A stretch of DNA of 48,081 nucleotides, from contig JAYWAO010000593.1 in assembly GCA_043782365.1 (NCBI GenBank), positions 1 through 48,081 on the forward strand, in the 5' to 3' direction. Within the stretch, counting starts at the first letter, position 1; each line of letters opens with the position of its first letter. The stretch is from Deltaproteobacteria bacterium (GTDB lineage Bacteria > Myxococcota > Myxococcia > Myxococcales > 40CM-4-68-19). The notes under the pieces are model-generated. The model saw nothing but the letters and a program-made list of their open reading frames with translations, was not told the origin of the DNA and searched no databases. Made by a program: the position numbers and the translations under genes. Of the stretch, positions 8,502 through 17,588 are shown piece by piece.

Positions 8502-9666
8502 CCTCGCCGCCATGGGCCCCAACCTCGGAAGCGCCACCGACAAGGCGCTGCGCGAGCTGAAGTTCCGCGACCCGGCCCGCGCGAAGGCGCTCGTCGAGGG
8601 CCTGAACAAGACCGTCAACGAGATCGGCCGCGAGAAGGTGGCGGTGATGCACGTCTGCGGCAGCCACGAGCAGGCGATCGCGCGCTTCGGCCTGCGCTCC
8701 TCGTTCCCCAAGGGACTCGACGTGATCATGGGGCCCGGCTGCCCCGTCTGCATCACCGACGTGCCCGAGGTGGACGAGGGCGTGCAACTGGCGCGGCAGG
8801 GCGTGCGGATCGCCACCTACGGCGACATGCTCAAGGTGCCCGGCACGGTGAAGTCGCTCGCGCAGGCGCAGGCCGAGGGCGCGAAGGTCGACGTGGTCTA
8901 TTCGGTCGCGCAGGCGGTCCAGCTCGCGCGCGCGACCAAGGAAGAGCTCTGCTTCTTCGCGACCGGCTTCGAGACCACCGCGGTGGCCACCGCCGCCGAG
9001 ATCCTCGCGGGCGTGCCGGCGAACTTCTCGGTGCTCTCCGCGCACAAGTACATCCCGCCGGTGATGGAGATCGTCACCGAGATGCCGCACAGCCGCGTCG
9101 AGGGGTTCCTCGCTGCCGGCCACGCCGCCAGCATCACGGGCTGGGGAGTCTTCGAGGAGTTCGCCGAGCGGCACAAGAAGCCCGTGGTGGTCGCGGGCTT
9201 CGAGCCGCTCGACATCCTCGCTGCCTTGCTGCAATTGGTCGAATTGATCCGCGACGGCAAGCACACCGTGCTCAACGCCTTCCCGCGCGCGGTCTCCAAA
9301 GAGGGGAACCTCAAGGCGCAGGGGACGCTCTGGAAGGTCTTCCGCCCGCTCGGCGGCCGCTGGCGGGGGATCGCGCACGTGCCCAACGGCAACCTGCGCC
9401 TGCGCGACGAGTACGCGCACCTCGACGCGCGCCGCCGCTTCAAGATCGACCTGCAGCAGCTCTGGGACTACGCGCCCGCACAGCTCTCGCAGCAGTGCGT
9501 CTGCGGCGACATCATGGCCGGGATGACCAAGCCTACCGACTGCGCGCTCTACGGAAAGCAGTGCACGCCGGAGGCGCCGGTGGGCGCCTGCATGGTGTCG
9601 AGCGAGGGGGCGTGCCGCATCTGGCAACAGTACGGCGGCCACCCGGATCTGTCGGAGGTGCGCTGA
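8488..9666 (+). CDS. hypD: Hydrogenase maturation protein HypD
   Basis: Motifs FRDP, HVCGSHE and GPGCPVC, with C-terminal Cys clusters. Overlaps the hypC end. The start could alternatively be the ATG at 8512. Confidence 0.95.
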   Translation: MSAPDLAAMGPNLGSATDKALRELKFRDPARAKALVEGLNKTVNEIGREKVAVMHVCGSHEQAIARFGLRSSFPKGLDVIMGPGCPVCITDVPEVDEGVQLARQGVRIATYGDMLKVPGTVKSLAQAQAEGAKVDVVYSVAQAVQLARATKEELCFFATGFETTAVATAAEILAGVPANFSVLSAHKYIPPVMEIVTEMPHSRVEGFLAAGHAASITGWGVFEEFAERHKKPVVVAGFEPLDILAALLQLVELIRDGKHTVLNAFPRAVSKEGNLKAQGTLWKVFRPLGGRWRGIAHVPNGNLRLRDEYAHLDARRRFKIDLQQLWDYAPAQLSQQCVCGDIMAGMTKPTDCALYGKQCTPEAPVGACMVSSEGACRIWQQYGGHPDLSEVR

Positions 9667-10700
9667 TGGCGCTCAATCCGCTGCTGGGCGATAGAGTATT
9701 ACTCAAGCACGGCGCCGGCGGCCGCGCGATGCGGATGCTCATCCAGAGCGTCTTCGTCGAGGGCCTCGCGGGCAAGGTCGACGGCGTCGGCCTCGCCGCG
9801 ATGGACGACGGCGCGGCGCTGCGGGTCGGCGACCAGTGGTTGATCCTGACCACCGACTCGCACGTGGTGCAGCCGCGCTTCTTTCCGGGCGGCGACATCG
9901 GCCGACTGTCGATCAGCGGCACGGTCAACGACCTGGCGATGATGGGCGCCACCGAGCCGCTCGGGCTCACCTGCGCAGTGGTGCTCGAGGAGGGCTTCCC
10001 CTTCGAGGAACTGGCGCGCATCCGCGACTCGATGAAGCAGGCCTGCCTGGAGGCGGGCGCGGTCGTCGTCACCGGCGACACCAAGGTGATGGGCAAGGGC
10101 GAGGTGGACGGCTGCGTCTTCAACACCACCGGCGTGGGGCTCACCGACCGGGTGATCCGCGACTGCGACCTGCGCCCCGGCGACAAGCTGATCTTCACGG
10201 GCACCATCGCCGACCACGGCATCACCATCATGGCCACCCGCCACCAGCTGGAGCTGGAGGGCGACCTGCGCTCGGACGTGGCGCCGATCAACGGCCTCAT
10301 CCGCCTGGCGCTGAAGGCCGGTGGCGCGGGCCTGGTCGCGCTCAAGGACCCCACCCGCGGCGGCGTCTCCTCCACCCTGCACGAGCTCGCGGGCAAGAGC
10401 GGAGTAGGTGTATTACTCGACGAGCTGGCGATCCCGGTGCGGCCGGAGATCCGCGCCGCCGCAGATCTAATGGGCATCGACCCGCTGGTGGTCGCCAACG
10501 AGGGCAAGGCGGTGATCGGCGTTCGCCCCGAGGTGGCCGACCGGGTCCTGGCCGCGCTGCGCGAGCACCCGCTCGGGCGCAACGCCGCCATCGTCGGCAC
10601 CTGCCTCGCCGATTGGAAGGGCAAGGTCATCCTCGACACCGGCGTGGGCAAGCGGCTGCTCGCCGAGCTCGAGGGCGAGCCGATGCCGCGGATCTGCTGA
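9666..10700 (+). CDS. hypE: Hydrogenase maturation protein HypE (carbamoyl dehydratase)
   Basis: ORF 9495..10700 trimmed to MALNPLLGD (ATG 9666, overlapping the hypD TGA). AIR-synthase-like fold sequence. Ends in the diagnostic PRIC. Confidence 0.95.
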   Translation: MALNPLLGDRVLLKHGAGGRAMRMLIQSVFVEGLAGKVDGVGLAAMDDGAALRVGDQWLILTTDSHVVQPRFFPGGDIGRLSISGTVNDLAMMGATEPLGLTCAVVLEEGFPFEELARIRDSMKQACLEAGAVVVTGDTKVMGKGEVDGCVFNTTGVGLTDRVIRDCDLRPGDKLIFTGTIADHGITIMATRHQLELEGDLRSDVAPINGLIRLALKAGGAGLVALKDPTRGGVSSTLHELAGKSGVGVLLDELAIPVRPEIRAAADLMGIDPLVVANEGKAVIGVRPEVADRVLAALREHPLGRNAAIVGTCLADWKGKVILDTGVGKRLLAELEGEPMPRIC

Positions 10701-10738
10701 TTCAAGAGGATATCGATGGATCTCCGTGGGAGCGCGCC

Positions 10739-11572
10739 GTGAGCTACATCAAGACGGAGAAGCTCGGCGCCGTCGGCGTGCTCACCATGGAGCGCCGCGA
10801 GCGGTTCAACGCGATGGACGTCGAGATGGCCCGCGACTTCCGCGCCGCCGGGCTCCTGCTCGGGCGCGACCCTGAGGTGCGCGCGGTGCTCCTGCGCGGC
10901 TATCCGGGCGTCTTCTCCAGCGGCGCAGACCTGAAATACATCCGCGGCGGCGGCGACCAGGCTTCCCTCGGCTACCTCAGCCCCAAGGCGCGCGAGGTGC
11001 CGAAGGGATACGGCGAGGTGTTCAAGCAGATCCTCGAGTACCTCCACTCGACCCTCTCGGAGATCCGCCGCTCCGCCAAGCCTTGGATCGCCGCGGTCGA
11101 CGGGATCGCCGCGGCGGGCGGGTTCGGCATCGCCATGTCCTGCGATCTGGTGGTGGCCTCCGAGCGGGCCGCGTTCGAGTGGGCCTACGGCAAGACCGCG
11201 CTCACCGGAGCGGAGAGCAGCACCTTCATGATCACGAGGCTGGTCGGCTTCCGGCGCGCGATGGAGCTGGCGCTGCTCAACCCGCGGCTCGACGCGCAGG
11301 CTGCGCTGGGCCTGGGCCTCATCAATCGGGTGTTGCCTGGCGAGGGCTTCGACGCCGCGGCCCTCGCGCTCGCGGCCTCGGTGGCCGCCGGCCCGACGCG
11401 GTCGTTCGCGGTCACCAAGCAGCTGCTCAACCAGTCGGCCGGGCTCGACCGGCTCGACTTCCACCTCGACCGCGAGCTCGACGAGCTCTCCCGCATCGCC
11501 GACACGCCCGACTTCGCCGAGGGCCTCGCGGCCTTCTTCGCCAAGCGGCCAGCAGACTTCCGGGGACGGTGA
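10739..11572 (+). CDS. Enoyl-CoA hydratase/isomerase (crotonase) superfamily protein embedded in the hyp operon
   Basis: C-terminal part of ORF 9836..11572. Proposed GTG start at 10739 (VSYIKTEKLGAVGVLTMERRERFNAMD), preceded by GGGAG. Crotonase motifs FSSGADL and AAVDGIAAAGGFGIAMSCD. Its TGA overlaps the hypA ATG. Confidence 0.8.
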   Translation: MSYIKTEKLGAVGVLTMERRERFNAMDVEMARDFRAAGLLLGRDPEVRAVLLRGYPGVFSSGADLKYIRGGGDQASLGYLSPKAREVPKGYGEVFKQILEYLHSTLSEIRRSAKPWIAAVDGIAAAGGFGIAMSCDLVVASERAAFEWAYGKTALTGAESSTFMITRLVGFRRAMELALLNPRLDAQAALGLGLINRVLPGEGFDAAALALAASVAAGPTRSFAVTKQLLNQSAGLDRLDFHLDRELDELSRIADTPDFAEGLAAFFAKRPADFRGR

Positions 11573-11913
11573 TGCACGAATACTCGGTGGTGCAGGCGCT
11601 GCTCGAACAGGTGGAAGGGCACGTGCGCGGCCGCGGCGCGGTCAAGGTCCACCGCGTAAGGCTCAAGCTCGGCGAGTCCGCTGGCGTCGACCCGGAGCTC
11701 TTCCTCACCGCGCTCGAGACCTTCCGGAGAGGATCGGTGCTCGAGGGCGCAGAGCTCGAGATCTTGCGCGTGCCCACCGCCTGGGAGTGCGGGCTCTGCA
11801 AGACGCCGATCGCCCGGGGCGAGAAGCTCCAGTGCGCCCTCTGCGGCGGACCGGGCAAGCAGGTGTCCGGCGGCGAGCTCGTCCTCGACCAACTCGAACT
11901 GGAGGTGCCGTGA
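11572..11913 (+). CDS. hypA: Hydrogenase nickel insertion protein HypA
   Basis: MHEYSVVQALLEQV N-terminus (MHE Ni site). Zn motif CGLC...CALCG. 113 aa. Confidence 0.9.
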   Translation: MHEYSVVQALLEQVEGHVRGRGAVKVHRVRLKLGESAGVDPELFLTALETFRRGSVLEGAELEILRVPTAWECGLCKTPIARGEKLQCALCGGPGKQVSGGELVLDQLELEVP

Positions 11914-12680
11914 TGTGCCAAGACTGTGGCTGTGGTGATCCGGACCTCGTCCCGCTCGAGATCCAGCAGCGGATCCTCTGGCAGAACGACGTCACCGCGC
12001 AGCACAACCGCGAGCACTTCGAAGCGGCGGGCATCCTCGCGCTGAATCTGATGGGCTCGCCGGGCTCGGGGAAGACGGCCCTCCTGGAGGCGACCGCGCG
12101 GCGCTTGGGCGACCGCCTGCGCCTGGGCGCGGTGAGCGGCGACCTCGCCACCGACAACGACGAGCAGCGGCTGCGAAAGGCGGGCATTCCGTCGGCCACC
12201 ATCACCACCGGTCAATCGTGCCACCTCGACGCGCGCCTCGTGCACGAGTGCCTGCACGACTTCAACGATCACCAGGGAACGGCGGGGCTCGACGTCTTCG
12301 TCATCGAGAACGTCGGCAACCTCGTCTGCCCTGCGATCTACGACCTCGGCGAGGCGGTGCGCGTGGTCGCGCTCTCGGTCACCGAGGGCGAGGACAAGCC
12401 GATCAAGTACCCGGTGATGTTCCAGCACGCCGACCTGGTGCTGATCACCAAGTGCGATCTGCTCCCGCACCTCGACGTCGACCTCGCCGCCCTCCACGAC
12501 GCGCTCGCGCGCGTGATGCCCGAGCCCAGGACGCTGCTGGTCTCGGCGCGCACGGGTGAGGGCATCGACAAGTTCATCCAGTTCCTCGAGGAGAAGCGTG
12601 CGGGATTGTCGGAGAAGGCGGCCGCTGCGGCGAGGTCGGGCGGCGTAACGGGCCATTCGCGCGGACACGCTCACGCTTAG
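11913..12680 (+). CDS. hypB: Hydrogenase nickel-incorporation GTPase HypB
   Basis: MCQDCGCG N-terminal Ni site. P-loop GSPGSGKT, ENVGNLVCP, TKCDL. ATG overlaps the hypA TGA. Confidence 0.95.
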   Translation: MCQDCGCGDPDLVPLEIQQRILWQNDVTAQHNREHFEAAGILALNLMGSPGSGKTALLEATARRLGDRLRLGAVSGDLATDNDEQRLRKAGIPSATITTGQSCHLDARLVHECLHDFNDHQGTAGLDVFVIENVGNLVCPAIYDLGEAVRVVALSVTEGEDKPIKYPVMFQHADLVLITKCDLLPHLDVDLAALHDALARVMPEPRTLLVSARTGEGIDKFIQFLEEKRAGLSEKAAAAARSGGVTGHSRGHAHA

Positions 12681-12747
12681 TCTAGAAGCCGACGCGCACG
12701 ACAAAGGTTGCCGGTCGTGCGTGCGTGATCGCGCCAGGGAGTTCGAG

Positions 12748-15024
12748 ATGGTCGCAGGACGCCACATCGCCATCCGGGGCACGGTGCAAGGGGTGGGCTT
12801 CCGCCCCTGGGTCTACCGGGTGGCGCGCGGGCTGGGCGTGCGCGGCTGCGTGCTCAATGACGCCTCCGGGGTGGTGATTGAAGCGTTTGCATCCGCGGAG
12901 ACGCTGGCGCGGTTCGAGGCGGTGCTGCGGCGCGACCCGCCTCCTGCGGCGCGGATTGTGTCGTTTGAAAGCCGCGCGATCGACGGCGACGGCCCGCAGG
13001 AGTTCGTCATCGCCCCCAGCCGGCGCTCCGAGGAGCGGCGGGTGTCGATCCCGCCCGATCTCGCGACCTGCCCGGAGTGTGAGCGGGAGCTGTTCGATGC
13101 AAAGGACCGCCGCTTCCACTATCCGTTCATCAACTGCACCAACTGCGGTCCGCGCTTCACCATCGCGCAAGGCGCGCCGTATGACCGGCCGCTCACCACC
13201 ATGGCGCCGTTCGTGCTCTGCGCGGAGTGCGCGCGCGAGTACCGCGACCCGGCCGACCGGCGGTTCCACGCGCAGCCCAACGCCTGCCCCGTGTGCGGGC
13301 CCAGGCTGCGCGCGACCCGGGGCGATGGTTTGACACTCTCGGGAGACCCGATCGCGCTGGCGGCGGAGGCGCTCGCGGGCGGCGGGATCGTCGCGGTGAA
13401 GGGGCTCGGCGGGTTCCACCTCTCTTGCGACGCCACCGACGCGGCCGCGGTGCGCCTGCTGCGGACCCGCAAGCACCGCGAGGAGCGGGCGTTCGCGGTG
13501 ATGGTGCGCACCTTGGAGGAGGCGCGCGCGCTGGCCGACCTGGCGCCCGAGGAGGCGCGGCTGCTCGGGTCGGTGGAGCGGCCGATCACGCTGGTGCAGC
13601 GCCGGAGCGGCGCGCGGCTGGCGCCCGAGGTGGCCCCCGGCAATCCGCGGGTGGGGCTGATGCTCGCGTACTCGCCGCTGCACCACCTGCTGCTCCACGG
13701 CGTGGGGCGGCCGCTGGTGATGACCTCGGGGAACCTCTCCGACGAGCCGATCGCCCTGCGCAATGAAGAGGCGCTCGCCCGCCTGCAGGGCCTCGCCGAC
13801 CTGTTCCTGCTGCACGACCGCGAGGTCGAGACCCGCTGCGACGACTCGGTGGCCCAGCTCGTCGCGGGCGCGCCGATGGTGCTGCGCCGCTCGCGCGGGT
13901 ACGTGCCGCGCGGCATTCCGCTCGACCACCAGGTGAAGGCGTCGGTGCTGGCGGTGGGAGCGGATCTCAAGAACGCCATCTGCGTCGCCGCGGGCGACAC
14001 CGCCTGGCTGGGACCGCACGTCGGCGACCTCGGCAGCCCCGAGACGTGGCGCTCGCTCGAAGAGGGGACCGGCAAGCTCTTGCGCTTCTTGCAGGTGACC
14101 CCCGCGCGCATCGCCTGCGACCAGCACCCGGACTCGATCGCGGCCTCGTTCGCGCGCCAGCTCGCCACCCGCCTCGGCCTGCCGGCGCCGGTGCGGGTGC
14201 AGCACCACCACGCGCACGTCGCCAGCGCCATCGCGGAGCACGGGCTGGACGGAAAGGTGATCGGCGTCGCCTTCGACGGCACGGGCTGGGGCCCCGACGG
14301 CACGCTCTGGGGCGGGGAGGTATTGCTCGCCGATTACACGGGATATCAGCGGCTCGCGACCCTGCGGCCGATCCCGCTGCCGGGCGGCGAGACGGCGATC
14401 CGGCAGACCTGGCGGGTGGCGCTCGCCGCGCTCGACGACGCCTTCGAGGGCCGCACCCCCGTGGAGCGGCTGCCGCTGTTCGCGCAGGTGCCGCGGCAAG
14501 AGATCGCGGTCGCCCGCAGGCTGGTGGAGCAGGGCTTCAACGCGCCGCTCGCGCGCGGAGTGGGCCGGGTCTTCGACGCCGCGGGCGCCATCGCGCTGGG
14601 TCGTCCGCGCGCGAGCTACGAGGGGCAGGTCGCCCTCGACTGGAACCTCGCGTCGGGACCGGCCGGCGTCAGGAGATATCCGTTCGTCATCGACGGCGCT
14701 CGGGCACCGCGGGAGCTGGACCTGCGCCCGCTCTGGCGCGCGCTCTGCGAAGACGTGCTCGCCGGCGTACCGGCGGCCCGGATCTCCGCCGCCTTCCACG
14801 ACACGCTGATCGAGGCCACCGCGGCGCTGGTGCGCGGCGCCGCCGAGCAGTGCGGAGCGCTGCCGGTGGTGCTGACCGGCGGCTGCTTCGCCAACGCGCG
14901 CCTCGCGGAAGGGCTGGCGCTGGCGCTCACCGGATTCGAGGTCCACCTGCACCGCCAGGTGCCGCCCGGCGACGGCGGCCTCGCGCTCGGACAGGCGCTG
15001 GTGGCAAACGCAAGCCCCGCTTGA
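12748..15024 (+). CDS. hypF: Carbamoyltransferase HypF
   Basis: Acylphosphatase-like N-terminus (IRGTVQGVGFRPWVY). Zn fingers CPECERE...CTNCGPRF and CAEC...CPVCGP. YrdC-like and Kae1-like parts. ATG 12748 is preceded by GGGAG; GTG 12721 is an alternative start. Confidence 0.95.
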   Translation: MVAGRHIAIRGTVQGVGFRPWVYRVARGLGVRGCVLNDASGVVIEAFASAETLARFEAVLRRDPPPAARIVSFESRAIDGDGPQEFVIAPSRRSEERRVSIPPDLATCPECERELFDAKDRRFHYPFINCTNCGPRFTIAQGAPYDRPLTTMAPFVLCAECAREYRDPADRRFHAQPNACPVCGPRLRATRGDGLTLSGDPIALAAEALAGGGIVAVKGLGGFHLSCDATDAAAVRLLRTRKHREERAFAVMVRTLEEARALADLAPEEARLLGSVERPITLVQRRSGARLAPEVAPGNPRVGLMLAYSPLHHLLLHGVGRPLVMTSGNLSDEPIALRNEEALARLQGLADLFLLHDREVETRCDDSVAQLVAGAPMVLRRSRGYVPRGIPLDHQVKASVLAVGADLKNAICVAAGDTAWLGPHVGDLGSPETWRSLEEGTGKLLRFLQVTPARIACDQHPDSIAASFARQLATRLGLPAPVRVQHHHAHVASAIAEHGLDGKVIGVAFDGTGWGPDGTLWGGEVLLADYTGYQRLATLRPIPLPGGETAIRQTWRVALAALDDAFEGRTPVERLPLFAQVPRQEIAVARRLVEQGFNAPLARGVGRVFDAAGAIALGRPRASYEGQVALDWNLASGPAGVRRYPFVIDGARAPRELDLRPLWRALCEDVLAGVPAARISAAFHDTLIEATAALVRGAAEQCGALPVVLTGGCFANARLAEGLALALTGFEVHLHRQVPPGDGGLALGQALVANASPA

Positions 15025-15057
15025 GCCCAGGCCGACGCCGCTGTAGAGGAGCACGCC

Positions 15058-15696
15058 ATGAACGGTTCGACCCCAGCGTTCCTCGCTCTCGCCGCCGGCG
15101 CCGCCTCGATCGGCGCCCTCCATTCGCTCGCGCCCGACCACTGGGTGCCGTTCGCCGCGCTGGCCCGCGCGCGCGGCTGGTCCACCTGGAAGACCGCGCG
15201 GATCACCGCCGTTTGCGGCCTCGGCCACGTGACCGTCTCGGCCTTGCTGGGCCTGCTCGCGCTCTGGTTTGGCCTGAAGACGCTCAGGCTCTTCGGCGAG
15301 CGGCTCGAGGCGGTGGCCGGCATCCTGCTCATCGCCTTCGGCCTCGCCTACGGCATCTGGGGCCTGCGCAATGCGATGAGCGAGAAGCTGCACCACCACT
15401 CGCACGTCGACCCCGAGAAGACCTCGGTGCTGACGCTCTTCCTGCTCTTCTCGGCCGACCCCTGCGTGGCGGTGATGCCGCTGCTCTTCGCCGCCGCGCC
15501 CCTCGGCGTCTTCAAGGCCGGCGCGGTCGTCCTCACCTACGAGCTCGCCACGCTCTCGGCGATGATCGCGCTGGTGATGCTCGCCAACGCGGGCGCCCAG
15601 CGGCTGCGCGCGCACTGGCTCGACCACTACGGCGACGCCTCCGCGGGCGGCGTGATCGCGGTGACCGGCGTGGCGGTGCTGCTGCTCGGCTGGTAG
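15058..15696 (+). CDS. Putative Ni/Co permease-like membrane protein (family unresolved: HupE/UreJ- or NicO/UreH-like)
   Basis: 212 aa with about 6 TM helices. N-terminal HSLAPDH motif and a His-rich loop KLHHHSHVDPEK. Located right after hypF. Confidence 0.45.
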   Translation: MNGSTPAFLALAAGAASIGALHSLAPDHWVPFAALARARGWSTWKTARITAVCGLGHVTVSALLGLLALWFGLKTLRLFGERLEAVAGILLIAFGLAYGIWGLRNAMSEKLHHHSHVDPEKTSVLTLFLLFSADPCVAVMPLLFAAAPLGVFKAGAVVLTYELATLSAMIALVMLANAGAQRLRAHWLDHYGDASAGGVIAVTGVAVLLLGW

Positions 15697-15737
15697 CCGC
15701 CACCCCGGCGGGCCTGCCTGGGGCACGGCGTCAGCGG

Positions 15738-16526
15738 TCAAGCCCGGGGCGACACCAGCTGCGCGCGAGAGGTGAAGAGCAGACGCCGCGCGAAGACCGC
15801 CGCGAAGAAGCCCGAGACCGCGGCCACCGCCACCAGCTGATAGAGGATGACGATCTGATAGCGGACCGCTTGATCGGGCGCGGTGCCGCTGACGATCTGG
15901 CCCGTCATCATGCCCGGCAGCGCGACGAGGCCCACGGTGAGCAGGCCGTTGATGGTGGGCGTGAGCGCGGCGCGCAGGGCGGCGCGCTCCTGGCGGTGGA
16001 GCGCCTGCCGCGGGGTGGCGCCGAGGGCGAGCAGGGCCTCGATGGCGCCCTCTTCGGTCTTGGCGGCGGAGAAGAGCCGCTCGAAGACCAGGGCCACCAC
16101 GTTCATCGCGTTCGACAGCATCATCCCGCTGATCGGCACCAGGTAGCGGGCCTCGTACCACGGGCGGACGGGGACGATCGCTGCGAAGACAGGCACCAAC
16201 GCGACGAGACCGCCCGCCGCGATCGCCAGCGTGGCGCGCGGGAAGAGCACCTTCCACGACGGGCCGTGCTCGACGCGGCGGCTGGCCGTCGCGCCGGCCG
16301 TCGTCAGCATCACGCCGAGCAAGAGTAACACCCAGAGCGGGTGCTCGCGGTCGAAGAGGAAGACCAGCACGTAGCCGATGGCGATCAGCTGCCCCGCCCC
16401 GCGCAGCGCCCCCCAGAGGAGGTCCTGCTCGAGGCCCAGCTTGCCGCGGCGGGAGAGCGCCACCGCCACCAGGATGAGGCCCAGCGCGAGGAGCAGGCGC
16501 TCCGGCGAGATCTGCACGTAGCTCAC
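15738..16526 (-). CDS. fetB: FetB/YbbM-type (UPF0014) ABC exporter permease
   Basis: 262 aa, polytopic, with YbbM-like sequence (…ARYLVPISGMMLSNAMN…GATPRQA…). Overlaps the stop of the upstream ATPase gene. Confidence 0.75.
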   Translation of the reverse strand: MSYVQISPERLLLALGLILVAVALSRRGKLGLEQDLLWGALRGAGQLIAIGYVLVFLFDREHPLWVLLLLGVMLTTAGATASRRVEHGPSWKVLFPRATLAIAAGGLVALVPVFAAIVPVRPWYEARYLVPISGMMLSNAMNVVALVFERLFSAAKTEEGAIEALLALGATPRQALHRQERAALRAALTPTINGLLTVGLVALPGMMTGQIVSGTAPDQAVRYQIVILYQLVAVAAVSGFFAAVFARRLLFTSRAQLVSPRA

Positions 16527-17194
16527 GAGACCGCCCAGACCCTGCCGCCCTCGCAGCGGTAGCGCGCGCCGCCGAGCATTTCGGCGTGGACCTCGACGTG
16601 CGTCACCATCACCACGGCCACGCCGCGGGCGCAGAGCGTGCGCAAGAGCGCGACCACCTTCTCGCCAGCTTCGGGATCGAGCGCGGCGGTGGGCTCGTCG
16701 AGCAGCAGCACCTCGGGACCGTTGGCCAGCGCGCGGGCCAGGGCCACCCGCTGCTTCTCGCCGCCGGAGAGCGACTGCGCCTCGCGCCCCAGCGTCGGTG
16801 CCTCCAGGCCGACCGCCGCGAGCAGCTCACCCGCCCGGGCGTCGCTGAGCGTCTCTCCCAGCAGCGCCGGGCCCGCGCCGAGGTTCTGCCGCACGGTGCC
16901 CGCGAACATCGCTGGCTGCTGCGCGAGGAACGCGACGCGCCTGCGGAACACCGTCGGCGCCAGCGTGCGCGCATCGAGACCGCCGAGCAGCACCGCGCCG
17001 TCGTCGGGAGCGGACAACGTCGCGAGCACGCGCGCCAGCGTCGACTTGCCGCTGCCCGACGGACCTTGCACCGCGATCGCCTGGCCTGCGCACACCAGCA
17101 CCGACGCGCCATCGAGGATCCTGCGGCCGCCACGCGAGACGACCACGCCCCTCGCTTCGAGGATGGTAGCCGCGCCACCTTGCAATGCAGTCAT
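16523..17194 (-). CDS. fetA: FetA/YbbL-type ABC transporter ATP-binding protein
   Basis: Walker A GPSGSGKST, signature LSGGEKQR, Walker B LLLDEPT. ATG at 17194; a GTG at 17200 is also possible. Confidence 0.8.
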   Translation of the reverse strand: MTALQGGAATILEARGVVVSRGGRRILDGASVLVCAGQAIAVQGPSGSGKSTLARVLATLSAPDDGAVLLGGLDARTLAPTVFRRRVAFLAQQPAMFAGTVRQNLGAGPALLGETLSDARAGELLAAVGLEAPTLGREAQSLSGGEKQRVALARALANGPEVLLLDEPTAALDPEAGEKVVALLRTLCARGVAVVMVTHVEVHAEMLGGARYRCEGGRVWAVS

Positions 17195-17277
17195 CCTCAC
17201 CCGCCCACGCTAGGCCGTGTGATCCACCCGTGTCGATCCAATCCACTGCGCGACCGTCCTGTTCGGCGAGGCTTGCG

Positions 17278-17403
17278 CCTTGGGTCGCATGGGGTCAGGT
17301 CGCCGCGCCGCTCTTCTCACTCTTGGTTGGCCTGGTGTTCGGCTTCTACCCGGCGCGCGTCGCCTCGAAGCTCGACCCGATCGAGGCGCTGCGGCACGAG
17401 TAG
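17278..17403 (+). pseudogene. 3'-terminal remnant of a MacB/LolCE (FtsX-domain) ABC permease gene
   Basis: The ORF 17185..17403 tail ...PWVAWGQVAAPLFSLLVGLVFGFYPARVASKLDPIEALRHE* is the canonical last TM helix and C-terminal motif of FtsX-type permeases. No upstream body of the gene exists. Confidence 0.6.
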
Positions 17404-17588
17404 GGCGCTGCGCCAAGGCTGCCTCCGGCCGGGCGCTCGGGCTGCGTGACAAATGCGTTACGGAGCGCAGGACTTTAGTCGTAGCTGCAGAGGAGAACCA
17501 AGCTCAACGTCCCTTCGGCGAAGGTCTCGTGTGGGACGGCCGCTTGGTGGATGCTCCCTGGTCAGCGCGCGGGGCAGCTTGCGTGTCC

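Noticed and set aside
9495-9665. 57-codon N-terminal extension of hypE, and similar extensions at 9836-10738 (crotonase), 11083-11571 (hypA) and 11787-11912 (hypB)
   Set aside because: The extensions overlap the preceding well-defined genes in other frames. The canonical N-termini (MALNPL, MHEYS, MCQDCGCG) coincide with stop/start overlaps.
12682-16257. 1191-aa ORF on the minus strand spanning hypF, the permease-like gene and fetB
   Set aside because: It is antisense to hypF, whose motifs are unmistakable. Its translation is R/G/A/P-rich low-complexity sequence with no recognisable domain. This is a classic high-GC shadow ORF.
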